DNA of 64,000 nt from Camelus ferus (lineage: Eukaryota), in NCBI RefSeq assembly GCF_009834535.1, contig NC_045697.1:72480001-72544000 (forward strand), given 5' to 3'. Shown in pieces: positions 11,721 to 24,272 of this stretch. A program made the translations under genes and the position numbers. How positions within the stretch are numbered: position 1 is the first letter of the stretch; each line of letters opens with the position of its first letter. Under the pieces are notes generated by a model. The model was not told the DNA's origin. It did not search any database and was given only the letters and a program-made list of their open reading frames with translations.

Positions 11721-14603
11721 GGTTCTTGGCTTCTCTGGGACCGTTTGGTGTGTTTTCAGACTATTCAACCCTTTCTTTTCCATGTCTTTTCTGAATATTG
11801 ACCTACTGTGTTGTAGAAGTCCAGGGAGAGATTGACATCAGGGGGCTCGTTAGCCAAAAAACAGCGCCAGGGGTTGCACGTGCCAGAAGGAACTTGTCGA
11901 AACTCAGATCATGTTTCCCTTTAAATAGAGTCAGCTTAAATATGATGTAATCTTTAAAAAGCTTAGTCTCAGGGGTCAAGGTTGAGCTCAAAGGTCAGCA
12001 CTGCCACTTTATGGCTCTAGGACCCCAAATACATAATCTCCCTGAGCTTGTTTTCTTAACCTGTAAAGGGGGGTTGTGGGGGGGGCTGTGTGAGATTAAA
12101 TGAACTGATGCATGGCAAGTGTCTGGAACAGGGGTTGATACAAAGTAAACACTCAATATCCTGTTATCACTATAAGACCTCCCCTGTCACATGTAATCTT
12201 AATGTGGAAACCTTCATATGAACAAATCAAAGCATAGCTGCTCTGCTTCAAGTGGGGCCCAGAAGCTTTGGGTTCTTAGTCCCAAGTGTGGTCTTCACTT
12301 TTCCACTATGGAATCCCCTAGCTTCCTAAAACATAGAGGAAAAGAACTGTTATCGGAGAAAGTCCAAACGTCTTAGAAAGACAAACTGACCTTTCTTATT
12401 TTTTTTCTCCTGATACTCCAAAGAACTTTTTCTCCTCCACATACTGTATTCCTTTTTGTCTCCATGTTTTTTCTAAAGTCATTCTGTCTTATCTCCTTAT
12501 TTATCATTTAAGATCTGTTTCAAATTGCTACTCTTTCTTGGGTGACTAAGAAATTTTTTTATTGTAACCTTCTCCCACCTTCAGTGTGGTGTAGATATCT
12601 CAGCAAGGATTGAAAGTCATTTTCTCCATTATTTTAGGAGAGTGGACAAAGTCCTGTATGATTAAGAAATGATTAGTCCTGTAGGGTTAAGGAAATGCTT
12701 TTTTCTCATGGTAGGTAAGGAAAAAGCAAGTAGATCCCCATGGAGACCGGGAGGAAGAACAGGTAGCGCTGAGAAGAAGGACCTTTGAAAGGAGTCTGAC
12801 GGCCTCCAGGAGACTGCTCTGTGCCCCGGATACAACGGACTGAGGGAGGTCAAGTTCTTTAGGGTCTATTTAAGAAAGATGGATGACACATCAACAAATA
12901 GTTTTGGAATTATCACCAGGTCAGAAGGCTCAGGCCATTATTTAATTTGAGTTAGTCAACTAAAACATGTGTTATTACTTGCTCCCAAAATGGCATGAAG
13001 CAATTCCCATCTGCTAAAGAGAACTATGTAAATTATTCATACAGAAATATAATGTTCTCCAAAAAACCCAACCGCCCCAAAAAACCAACAAAAAGAAATA
13101 TAATGTTCTGAAACATTTCGAAAACAAAGTCCTTCACTTATTTAAAGACAATATAATGAAAATTTAATAATAGTCACTTAAAAAACATCTAAAAAAAGCC
13201 TTTTTTGGGGTAGAAACAACAATAGTAGGTTAAAATAATTAAATTGGTTATATTTGCAACAATGCCATTAAAAGTAAAACTTTTGAAGAACAAAGAGAAC
13301 TTTATTCATGACAGCAGTTTCAACTAAGTTTGAAATGAAGGTAGTTTCAAAAATATCTTCTATATAAATGGTTCTGTACTTCTGAAAGCACTACAATAAA
13401 AATAGAAATTTTGTCAGTAATCTATCTGGTATGATTTAAGTGCCAGTTTGCTTTTCCAGTCTTACCTTTCACTAATTCGCTTTATCACCATTAAGTGTCA
13501 GTCATTTACCATACACCAGGCTTTACTGTTTTCAAACTTGGCTAATATCCTGGCCATCTAACTAGCTGCTCCCTTCTTCACTTGCTCCCTCATATCAACT
13601 CATCAATCCGAATCAGCTACTCTTCAAGGTCCAATTAAAGTATCACCTCCTTTAAGAAATTTTCCTCACTGAGAATAGTTTTGAATCATTCATTTGGGTT
13701 ATAGCTATTTGTACACATCTTATTTCCTTGTAAGAGTCTTGAAGGCAAGTATCACGTCTTATTCCTATTTGTATTCCTCATGGAGTCAATATCCCACTAG
13801 AAATTCAAGTTCCATCAAACAGAACCCTTGAATATCTTCTTAATCACATATATTCTCCTGCACCTAGCATAACTGGTATATGGTAGACAAGTTACAAGTG
13901 TATTTTGGGCAAGTAAATGAATGGATTTTAAAACATAAGCTCCATAAAGGCAGGGGTTTGTCTGTTTTATTCACTGCAAAATAAATATTTGAGTATTACC
14001 AGGTGAATAAATTATTTTGGGGAAGCTTTGCATTCATTATATACAACAAAAATTCTTCAATCTATATATCTTCACAGAAGTCAAATATAAAGTATTTATG
14101 TTGCCTTTCACCCAAATAATTCAGTGGATGATATATCTTTCTGAAAATAAAACATTCCCCAGAACTGCAAGAGTAGAATTTAACACAATCAAAATAAAAT
14201 GGGTGTTTACGTTAACAGTAGTTTCAGTTTTCTTTTTTGTTCTTTTCTGTGTTTTGAATTTTATGCAATGAAATGTATTATTTTGTAATCAGACAAAAAT
14301 AATCAATTCTGTTTTTAAAGAATGTAATGGATGAGATCATTTGCAAATGTATGACTGAGGACATTTTGAAAATACTCAAGTCTAATCAAGGTTATATGAA
14401 GTTAATACCAGAGAGAAAAGCACTGGAATGTGAAAAGAACTTAAAGAGCTGAAGCCTAATTAGCTTGCCTAAAAACAAAGAAAGAAAGAAACAAACACAC
14501 TTCTCAAAAGGGAGACAGATGGCACAAATTCTAGAAAAAAGGTGTTGAAGAACATGAATTTACAGTGTTTGTTTAGCCCTGTCCTTGGAAGTAGGACACC
14601 TCA

Positions 14604-14993
14604 CCGTGGACGGAACTATGTGGTCTCCCTGCCAAATTCCTAAGCTGAAGCCATAGTCCCCCAGTGCCATGGTATTTGGAGATGGGGTCTGTGAGAGGTT
14701 CTTGGATTAGGTGAGGTCATGAGGGTGGAGCCCCCACAGTGGGATCAGTGACTTTGTAAGAAGAGACACCAAAGAGCTTGCACACTCTCTCCATCCCCAT
14801 TTCTTTCCCCACCACGTGAGGAGAGAGTGAGAAGGCTATTGGCACGTTAGGAAAAGAGCCCTCACTGGAGCCGGATCATGCCGATACCCTCATGTTTGAC
14901 TTCCAGCCTCCAGATCTGTGAGGAAAAAAATTTCTGTTGTTTATGCCACTTGGTCTATGGCATTTTGTTGTAGTTGCCCAAGCAGACTAAGAT
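14604..14993 (+). mobile_element. MLT1A-like MaLR LTR
   Basis: GGTATTTGGAGATGGGG...GAGGTCATGAGGGTGGAGCCC...GACTTCCAGCCTCCAG...GCAGACTAAGA. Confidence 0.85.
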
Positions 14994-17900
14994 CTAAACT
15001 GTTTAATGGCAGCTACTTCTCCCATACTGGGAGAGAATCTCCTCTCACTGATTCAGTGAATGAACATTTACTAAATGCCTGCTGTGTTCCATGCCCTGTG
15101 CACTGTGCTGAGGATCCCACCATAACAGATTTAACGCTCCACCCTTCAGGGGCTCATAGGAGACAAACATATAATCAAACTGAAAAAAGTACTATAAGAA
15201 CTCTGACAGAAGCATGTATAGGGCACACCTTTCTTTCAGGCACCCAGAGGTTAGGGTAATGGTTTCTGTCTGTGGTTGGGGTGGGGTTAAGTTTGGTTGG
15301 TCTGAGTCAACACTCTGTATCAAGTTAACACACCAAGTCAAGGGCTGTGACTTGCAATGTGGTGACAAATCTTAGACCTCACGGTGAGCCCCGCAGAGAC
15401 CACTACTGGACAGAGAGTTGCAGGGATGTGGTTGGTGGCCGCCCACCAAAGAGACGTAGGAAGGGGTTGCTGCGCGCTCTGTGGATGGTCTAGGCAATTG
15501 GCAGTGGCTTCCTGGGCCCTCTAACCGTTTCTGTACCCTGCGATTTTCCATTTCTAATTCTTCTTTGGGGACTTAACTATTTATAACAACATTCTCCTTT
15601 ACTTATACTAACTGTATGTTGTATTAGCTAGTAAGTATTCAAAGCCTATTACATGGAGAAAAATGAACAGGGCACTCACTGCGGCACCCTTCAGCCTCAT
15701 GTACCATTTGCTGAGTCGTGTCCCAGCCGAGGTCCTACTTTCTCCGGAGGCTGTGCCTAAACTGCAGTTCCCCCTGAGTTGGTGGGGGCTCCTGCCACGA
15801 GCCCCTGGCACCCCTGTGCTTATCACAGCAAATTACACTATTTTCCAATCTCTTGTTCTTGAATTTTTTTTTCAATCTCCTGTTTAATGGTCTCTCTTCT
15901 CTAGCAGATTGTCTGATCCTTAAAGATGGGAACAATATTAATCTTCATGATGTGCCTGGGTCACCAAAGGCTTTCAGTAAGTATTTGTTGAATGAATCTA
16001 CTTTTAGCAGAAGACCACATGAGCATGAAGTTTATGGTGCTACCCACAGGGGGCACCTAGCCAAGAAAGTTCATCCATCTGATCTTTGGTATAAATTAAT
16101 CCAGTCCAAATGGAGAACATAAACACTAAGGGAATACAGTCCCATAGAATAACCAGAGTCGGGGTGACATAAAAATGAAGACCGTTATGGTTTCATATTA
16201 TGTTAGCTTACATAAAAATAAAGCTAGTTTGGAATAGACGTGAAAGTCATGGTGGAAGGGGCTCGAAAGGTAGCCTAATGACAAGATGTTTATTTCAATA
16301 TGACACGTTAGTCTAGTAATAAAGGGTCTATGCACCCTACATACACTCTGTCAGAGCACCTATAACGCTTTTTACATTCCTATTAAATCAGACCCTTAGG
16401 GAGTTTAATGACATATTTATTTAAACATGATTATTCTAACAACTAGGCAGGAGTTGACCTAGAGTAAAGGGAATTTATGGGTGAAACACAAAAGCAGAGA
16501 TGGTCTGCTTTTGATTAAGTGGGATAAAATGTGACTTCTGCAGATAAGCCTTTCTTCTTATCTTCTGTGCTGGCATGTCACAATGAAATTCCTGGCACAG
16601 AAGTCATTCTTTTGATTAAAGGTACTACCTTTATACAGCCCTCGTTAACCTGAAAGAATATGCTACTGAGTGATGGTAAAACCCAACAGAATGGCTCTCA
16701 AATCTGATCTTTCCACCTCCGGGGAATGGGAATGCTTAGTGAGAGAGAACACTTCTCAGCCTCTTCACAGCTGGATGTGGACGTCACGGATAGAATGTAC
16801 ATGGAGAGATGTGTCCAACTTTCACATCACTTCCTTAAAAATAAATTGCTTGCCTTGGACTTTCTTATTTCCTTCATCCTGAGGACTAAAAAGGGGACAT
16901 GGGAGAGATCCATCTTTAACCCACGTCCTAAGCTGGGGCATGGCAGAGCCTCAAGACAGAAGGACACGGGTCTCTGAGTGAGTAGACCTCATGAGCAGGG
17001 TAACACTGCCATCATCAACTAGTCAGCTCGTTTCATAAGAAGGAAATAAATTTCTATATTTAAAGTATTTTACTTTTTGTTCTTCATTATAGCTTACCTT
17101 ACCCTGATTAATAGGATATTCATGAGGTTGGCACAGCATTGAAAATTAGCAATCTCTCACCTAGAGAACTGGGAGAGCTGAAGATGTGGGTCACAAGGAA
17201 CAAATAAGGAAGGGCTGGATCAGGGTACTCCTTAGGTGCAGGCAAACTCAGATGGGCCACTGAAATGGGGGCTCTATGTAGCCAGCTACGGGGTAGGATA
17301 AGGTCTGACGTCTAGACCAGGCGCAAGAGGAAGAACCAATGAAGACACTCTGTGTACTTTAAAATTTGGGTGGGACCAATCAGTTACACTAATTCACAGA
17401 AAGATAGTTAAGAGAAGTAGAAATGGAGAAGAGGCAGATTAGCAGGGAAGGGAGAAACGGATGAGGGAATGTATTACGATATTTAAAAACAAACAAGAAA
17501 AGAGGAGCCCGAAACAATTCGAGGCATGAGACGCTAGCTGACCATGAATCTTGAAACTGGGATGGGACTGCTGGGGAAGGGAAAGGGAAAGACTGTTCCC
17601 TGTGCCGTATGAAGCTCAGAGAATGAGATCTTAAATGTGAGTGACCCAAGGTGGCTTTATATACAAGGTATAAAAGATTGACATGAATATTAGTTTGAAT
17701 AGGGAAATCGGAACTCTTTCTTTGAGCTCAAAAAGAAAGAATTAAAGCCATGATTAAGGCTGCACAGTGATCCAGAGCGTAGGGGAAGGAGTGAGATGGT
17801 AATAGCACGTTAGATTTCAGTATCCTGTTGGCTAGCAGGACAGGATACTGAAATCAAATTGTGCTAGTACATTAAAGTGTGTATGTCCCTACACAAGATA

Positions 17901-18147
17901 TAATGATGAACGGGTGTTTGAACAAAAAAAAAAGAAAGCAGAGATCAGGTTGGAGATGTAGAACACTACCCCCCCAACTCCATACAGAAAGGGTAATGAC
18001 TAGAAAAGCTGTTAAAAAAAATAGCCACACTTTTGGGTCTATTACGTTTTTAGCTTACACATTACATATTTCAATATCCATCTAGATAAAAGTAGCCTCT
18101 GATAGTAGCTTTCTGAGGATAATGTTCAGCATTCTCTCTTTTCACCT

Positions 18148-18366
18148 CTAAAATCGGGTGGACTTTATCTCATCTTCTTCGTCTTTATTGTGACGTTCAG
18201 CTTTCTGGAGAAGCCTGGGGCCTAGCAAACCAATAAGCAGACTTCCAATTGGGGCTGTGATGAGGATGGACAAAAACGCCACTGTCAACACATCCATTCC
18301 ATATTCTTCTAACTGTTTGTCTCCATGTGCTCTTGCTGTGTCCAAAGCCACAGATCCTATTGCAGC
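18148..18366 (-). CDS. SLC9B2: SLC9B2 last coding exon: AAIGSVALDTAR...ITAPIGSLLIGLLGPRLL...IKSTRF*
   Basis: 219 nt, TATAG| acceptor, TAG stop at 18150-18148. All 11 exons sum to 1611 nt with consistent phases. Confidence 0.97.
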   Translation of the reverse strand, partial: AAIGSVALDTARAHGDKQLEEYGMDVLTVAFLSILITAPIGSLLIGLLGPRLLQKAERHNKDEEDEIKSTRF

Positions 18367-19134
18367 CTATAAAAGTTTAAAGGTAAAATTGGAAGCACGA
18401 TAAGACAAGCACATAGAAAAAAGGTGTTATTTTATCATTTGTAGAAACAAATGTCTTGTTCTTTTGCTCAACTAAGAAAGTTCTATTTGTCTTCTTTCCA
18501 ATTGTACTAAGGTTGGTTTTGCTGATCTGAAAGCTCTCTCTGCCCTTGCATCAGGAAAGAATGATTCATATGTACCTGTTTGCATAAGGTGAAGTTGCAA
18601 AAATATCAGGCAAGTATATTTCAAAACACAGGCAAATACTGATTTCAGATATTAGTTAACTATAACATGATTCTACATGCTAAATTCCTCCAGTGTAAAG
18701 ATGAATGTTACCGGTCATCTCATTCTTTTCTCTTTAGGAATTTGGAATTATGAAAGAACAAGATGAAAAAAATGCAGTGATACTTACTGCAAGATGGTGA
18801 AGTTTTAACTGAAAAAAACACGAGACTATCTTTTGCTTTAGAGCTTAAACTCATTGTTAAACATCCAGAAACTTGGAAGTGGTAGGTACCTTTAAAACTT
18901 GAAGTTAATCTTGTTAGATATTTGGTTAACTCTTTGCCTTAGGAGTTGGTGAAATGTTTTATTTAAAATTTACCTACTGGAAAGTGTTATAAAAACTTAT
19001 TTTCTTTTAGAGACAAAATGCAAAATTATCAGTACACATGGGAAAAAATATGTCAATCAATCTGGTTATCCCCTTATTCCACAGAATGCAACAAGGCTGG
19101 CCTCTAGGACACTGACACAGAAGAGAAAGTATCA

Positions 19135-19575
19135 GTGTGGATGAGATGCAATGGCTGAGACTACTGATTGCCCAAAAATATCTGAATGCCCGTTTTCCCT
19201 TCTTTAATAGAACTCCTGAATTTTAGCTGTTCACACTGCTGTACAACTAGAGACCTTTTTTCAGCCTTCTTTGCAACTAGTTGAAGCTATGTATCTAAGT
19301 TCTGGCCACTGCGAGGTGAGTGAAAGTGAAAAATGCTACTTGTCATCATTCCCTGGAAAGAAATGGACACTACTACCTTATCCTTTTCCCCCTTCCCATT
19401 GGATGAGAAATGGTGAAAGCTGGACTCACGGATGGAAGGCACATGCTGAGGACCGCGGTCACCGTGCCAGCTCTGGAATGCCCATGCTGGACTGTTGCTT
19501 GGGGGAGAAATAAAAACCTATCTCATTTAGTCCCTGTGTTTGAAGGCTCTCTGTTATTGCAGGTTACCTAATACC
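19135..19575 (+). mobile_element. Old MLT1-type MaLR LTR
   Basis: CAGCCTTCTTTGCAACTAG...CTAAGTTCTGGCCA...GAGAAATAAAAA...CTCTGTTATTGCAG...CCTAATAC. Similar relics lie near 16500-17110, 50150-50630, 54050-54465 and 55300-55720. Confidence 0.7.
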
Positions 19576-19905
19576 ATAACAAAGTCAACATTTTATGAGT
19601 TCTCAGCAAGAACTGCACACATCACAATGTATATTTCTCTTTCAGTTCACTTTTGTGTGTATAAATGTGTATGTGTATATTTTGGTGTTTGTATGTTTTC
19701 TGAGTTGTCCTTTAAAATATGTTTCTTATAATAGGTCATAGAGAAAAAGTTTGAAGAACACTAATATGGAAAAAAATACAAAAGAAAGTCTTGTTTCTTG
19801 TGCAATGGTAAACAAAGAAAAAAGAAAATTTTATACAATACTTGCTCAAGAACATGTATTATTCAACACATCCTAGATAATTTCTCCTCATTTTATTTTA
19901 TTCCA

Positions 19906-19993
19906 TTTTTTTTTAATGGAGGTACTGGGGCTTGAACCCAGGACCCATGCATGCTAAGCAAGCACTCTACCACTGAGCTATTACCTCCCCCTC
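19906..19993 (-). mobile_element. tRNA-derived SINE, camelid Vic-1-like
   Basis: Reverse of TAGCTCAGTGGTAGAGTGCTTGCTTAGCATGCATGGGTCCTGGGTTCAAGCCCCAGTACCTCCA plus A-tail. Possible TCCATTT TSD. Confidence 0.85.
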
Positions 19994-21157
19994 CTCCATT
20001 TAAAAATTTGCTTTACTAGCAGGAAAGTACCATCTTTCAAATTTTCACACTTAGAAACGAATCTTTCATACCAAAGTTACTAGAGTGATTATTTTGATAT
20101 TTACCTACTAAAGTTATCGGAAGTAGTGTGGAGGCTGGAGACATTGTGAGGGAGAAACTATTCCACTTATGTATTATATTAACCTCACAGCATTTTTGGC
20201 CACTATGTCTCAGACACTTTTGAAAGATTGAAAGAAAAACTTCTCTGGAATAATAACTAACTCCACAGACACACAAAATCTGGAATATAATTACAGAGCA
20301 GCATACACAACCTTTTAAGCTTCCTAAATTAAGAACATCTGATTTTCATTTCATGAACCAGAAATTTACAGATTTAAATAACTGCAAAATAATCAAGGAT
20401 AAAACAGTTAAATCCCGTTTGCTATAATTAGTCAGAAATACACAGTACAATCAGGGATATGTTACATTTGCAACAAATGATAACCTCTATAGTTCTAGTT
20501 TAATCAGCAATTATAGATATGCTACCAAACACCTGGGCAATCCTTTCAGGCACCTGTCTGTTAGTGCCTTGTTCCTTAGAGTGCACAAATTTTGGGTCAC
20601 GGGATTGAGACATTTGGCAGGAGGCTCAGCTGATTTGAAAAATTTAATATCAACTAATAATCTAGGAAATGAAGTATTTTCTGAGTTGTCTCTCAACAAA
20701 TCTTTCTCCATTATATATAAAGGCTGTGGTCAAGCATAACAGATCATCAATCATATTGACACTGAAGTATCTTCTAATGCTAAGATGGGCCATGCTATTT
20801 CTGTTTCACTCTCTTCTTTGAAGATACTGAAATGAAATGAGTTAATAACTATCTCTCTGGATGATTTAGAGAGCTCTGACTGGTAAAAATCCAAACTCTT
20901 CCCTCCTGCTACTACTGCTTTCTAGTAGTACAGAGATTTATTGGGGTTTTAATTGTACTCTGATGAACTAAAGAAACTTAAATGAGCTGTCATATTTAAG
21001 GAATCAATACACCAAAAATACAACTTTTAAAGAGTAGACTAGTATAAATTCTTTTCATAAATCAAATTCCATTTACTTATTTTCACCAAATTTGAACAAG
21101 ACTTTTATTCAAAATTTCAAGGTATCATATAAAATAGGAATTAAAATCCATCATTAC

Positions 21158-21294
21158 CTGGACTGTGGCCTTAGGAAGCCATGCAAAAGAAATAAATATC
21201 TTTTCCTTTATGTTAAAACCAGCAAAACACACCATCAGATATGTAGTCAGAATTCGTATCAATACTGCAATGCCCAGGGTGGCAACACAAAGGC
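21158..21294 (-). CDS. SLC9B2: SLC9B2 coding exon 10: GLCVATLGIAVLIRIL...AWLPKATVQ
   Basis: 137 nt, TTACAG| and CAG|GTAATG, contains R432 and the WLPKATVQ motif. Confidence 0.97.
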
Positions 21295-23199
21295 CTGTAA
21301 GAAGTATTCAATTTTTAGACATAATGAAATACTGGGTGAAAAACTGAATGTCATGGTTATTGACTCGAAATTCTTTCAACTGAAATCTAAAAACATTTAA
21401 AAGTTAAAGAGACAAAATGGCTAGGCATCATTTATCAAAACATCAATATTAAGGATCAATAGACAATTTGTGTAGAAGAAAGTATTTCCCCTAGATTTTT
21501 TTAAAGTAAAAGGCAAAAGATCTATTTGATCTGAAGAGAAACTAGAGTATTCCCCTAGATTACAAACAGAAATGTATTTGAATTTCTACAAAGGAGATTT
21601 GAGTGTAACTTCTTTTATGCATTATAGCAAGAACCATACTTTCTTTCATGTGCTTACTTAACATGGATTTGTTAAATGATGACTATGCATGGCAGGATGT
21701 GGACTAGGTACCAGTATACAAAAACGCATAATGTACAGACTCTGCCTCTATGAACTTCAAAGACAGGAAGACAGGAACATAAACAACTAATTAATACACT
21801 ATAAAATAAGGGCAGCATGAACATACTGGTAAGAGGGCATAGAAGAGGAAAAAAATTAATATTTTCACCAAAGTGGTCAAGAATTATTTACAGAGTATAA
21901 GATCAGAGGTAATACTCAAAATATTTATGAGCCAGTATGGAGGCAATCAGCCAACCAGAACAGAGCTGGTGGTGCAATGACCCAATCACAATAGACACTG
22001 GCAGCCCACACCTGTTTCATCATACTGGTGTGTACAGCGACAGCCTGTTAACCCCGGCTGTCCTGTACAGCTACTTCATTCAGTCAGCATTTAGAACACT
22101 TTGCTGATAAAGATAAGGGCATCCTGATTCGCAAAATAAAGGATTGTAACTTGGCTGCTGCAGGCCACTGAACCTGAGAAGGGCACTGTTGAGGGGACTG
22201 GTAAGTAACAGGATGATTTTTAAAAAGGTAACATTTGTTTACACTGTGCCAGATTCTGCATTAAACTTCAAGTATATTAATTTATTTAATCCTTACAACC
22301 TGTGGGGTACTTACTTTCATTTTACAGCTGAAAAAAAAATGAAGTTCAAAAGGGATAAGTAACTTTCTCAAGTTATTTGGCTGGTACAAGTGACAGACAT
22401 TGCTGGGGGCTCTACTGTAAATCTGCAGTATGATTTCTTTACAGAAAAGTTTTGTGGTTTTCTGTTGGAGGATACTTCTCACAGGTTGGTGGACTTTCGA
22501 AAGTATTTGTTGCTGAAGTACAAGATGCAAAGGAGATGATACCATTCCCAGGAGGGAACACTAAAGGTTTGGCGAGAAGATGATGAGGAAGTTTTAGACA
22601 CATTGACTCTGAAGTTTTGTGGGATTTTACAAGGGGTGATGTCCAATCAGCCATTGGATATATAGATTTAGAGACAAAGGTTTTGGAATTACATAGTTTT
22701 TAATCAAAGTCACTGAGTGTAGATGGGCTCAGAGAAGTGATAAAGAGAGAGAAGCATAGAAAGCTCTGCAAAGAACTCTGAGGAGGAGAGGCATTTAAGC
22801 CACATATGGTGTAATGGAAGACTCAAAAGGCACTGGGAAATATGAAGTTCCAGAACTCAATGTGAATATGTTTTAAAGTGGTCAGGAGCAGCAAATGCTG
22901 CTGAAAGGTCAGGTAAAATAAAGACTGATAAGTATTCAGTGGATTTAGTACTACAGCCTTGGTGAGAGCAGGGTTGGCTGTGTGATGGGGCAGAAGCTAA
23001 ACTAAAATGACCTGAGGAAGAGGATGAGAGCTGAAGTGGAAAAGGGGAATATAGGTACCCTTTTAGGAAAAATTTGAAAGGAGGAATATAGAGAGTGATA
23101 GGTGAGGGGGGAAGTGAAATGGATATATATTTGCTTTAATAGCAGGAAAGTATCATCTTTCAAATATATATATCCTTTATATGTGTGTGTGTGTGCATA

Positions 23200-23550
23200 T
23201 TTATTTAAATTTTGATTGTGATAAAACACACAACAAAACTTACCAGCATAACCATTTTTATATGTACACGTCAGTAAGCCTTAAGTTAAACATTCACATT
23301 TTTGTGCAACAAATATCCAGAAAGTTTTCATATTGTAAAACTGAAATGCTGGACCCATTAAATAACAAATCCCATTTCCCCCTCCCACAATCCCCTAGCA
23401 ACCACATTCTACTTTCTGTTTCTATAAATTTGACTACTCTGGTTACCTCACATAAACAGAATCACAGTATTTCCCTTTTTGTGACCAGCTTCTTTTACTT
23501 AGTGTAATGCCCTCCAGGTTCATCCACGTTATAGCATGTATCAGAATGGA
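23200..23550 (-). mobile_element. Older L1 (L1MA/MB-like) 3' fragment
   Basis: CCCCTAGCAACCACATTCTACTTTCTGTTTCTATAAATTTGACTACTC...CAGGTTCATCCACGTT. A similar fragment starts near 63850 and runs off the window. Confidence 0.8.
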
Positions 23551-24199
23551 AGGACATTGTTTAAGATGGGAGAGATTAAAGTCTGTTTAACTTCTGAAGA
23601 GGAGAGAGCTGTGACAAGGATATTTGAAGACACATGAGAAAAAGGGCAGAATCTGTGCATGAGATCCAGGAGTTGGCAGGGGATGGGATCCCTAGTGTGG
23701 ATGGAAGAATACTGTGATGTGAGGAAAGGAGAAAACTATGAGTATACGTGTGTAAATTAAATTTTTCTGTGTAGTGTTATGAATTAAGAGAGTTTTAACA
23801 TGATGGATTTTGAATGGGTGAATGAATAAAAGAATGAATGAACAAATAAACATTTCTGTTCCATGGGTATATATTATAGGACCCACTAGTTATCTTTAAA
23901 ATTCTGGCCCTTGATCAGGATAAGGCCAGATGGACATTCTTATCCTTGAAAAAAAATGTTCAGGCCTGCATTTTCTTGATGCTAGTTAGCAGTGTCACTT
24001 TCTTTACAAAGAACAATATTAAAGATATAAAATTTACTGTTTTAGGTTGACAGACATTATTTTCTAACTACTCTAAGAGACTTAGATCATTATTAACTTT
24101 TTAGATAATTATGACAATGGGAACTACTGAACATATACCTAATACAGATATTTCAGCTGAATATGAAAAGAGTTGATTTTAGCAAAAGTACTATTTTGA

Positions 24200-24265
24200 C
24201 TGGGACATTGTGCTACACACCAGAAACTGACACATTGAAATTGACTATACTTCAATTAAAAAAAA
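24200..24265 (+). mobile_element. Tiny L1 3' terminus
   Basis: TGTGCTACACACCAGAAACTGACACATTG...ACTATACTTCAATTAAAAAAAA. Confidence 0.75.
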
Positions 24266-24272
24266 TTCTTAC

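Noticed and set aside
19906..19993. tRNA-Ala-like sequence (also at 43184)
   Set aside because: A-rich tails, imperfect stems and repeated copies indicate SINEs, not tRNA genes.
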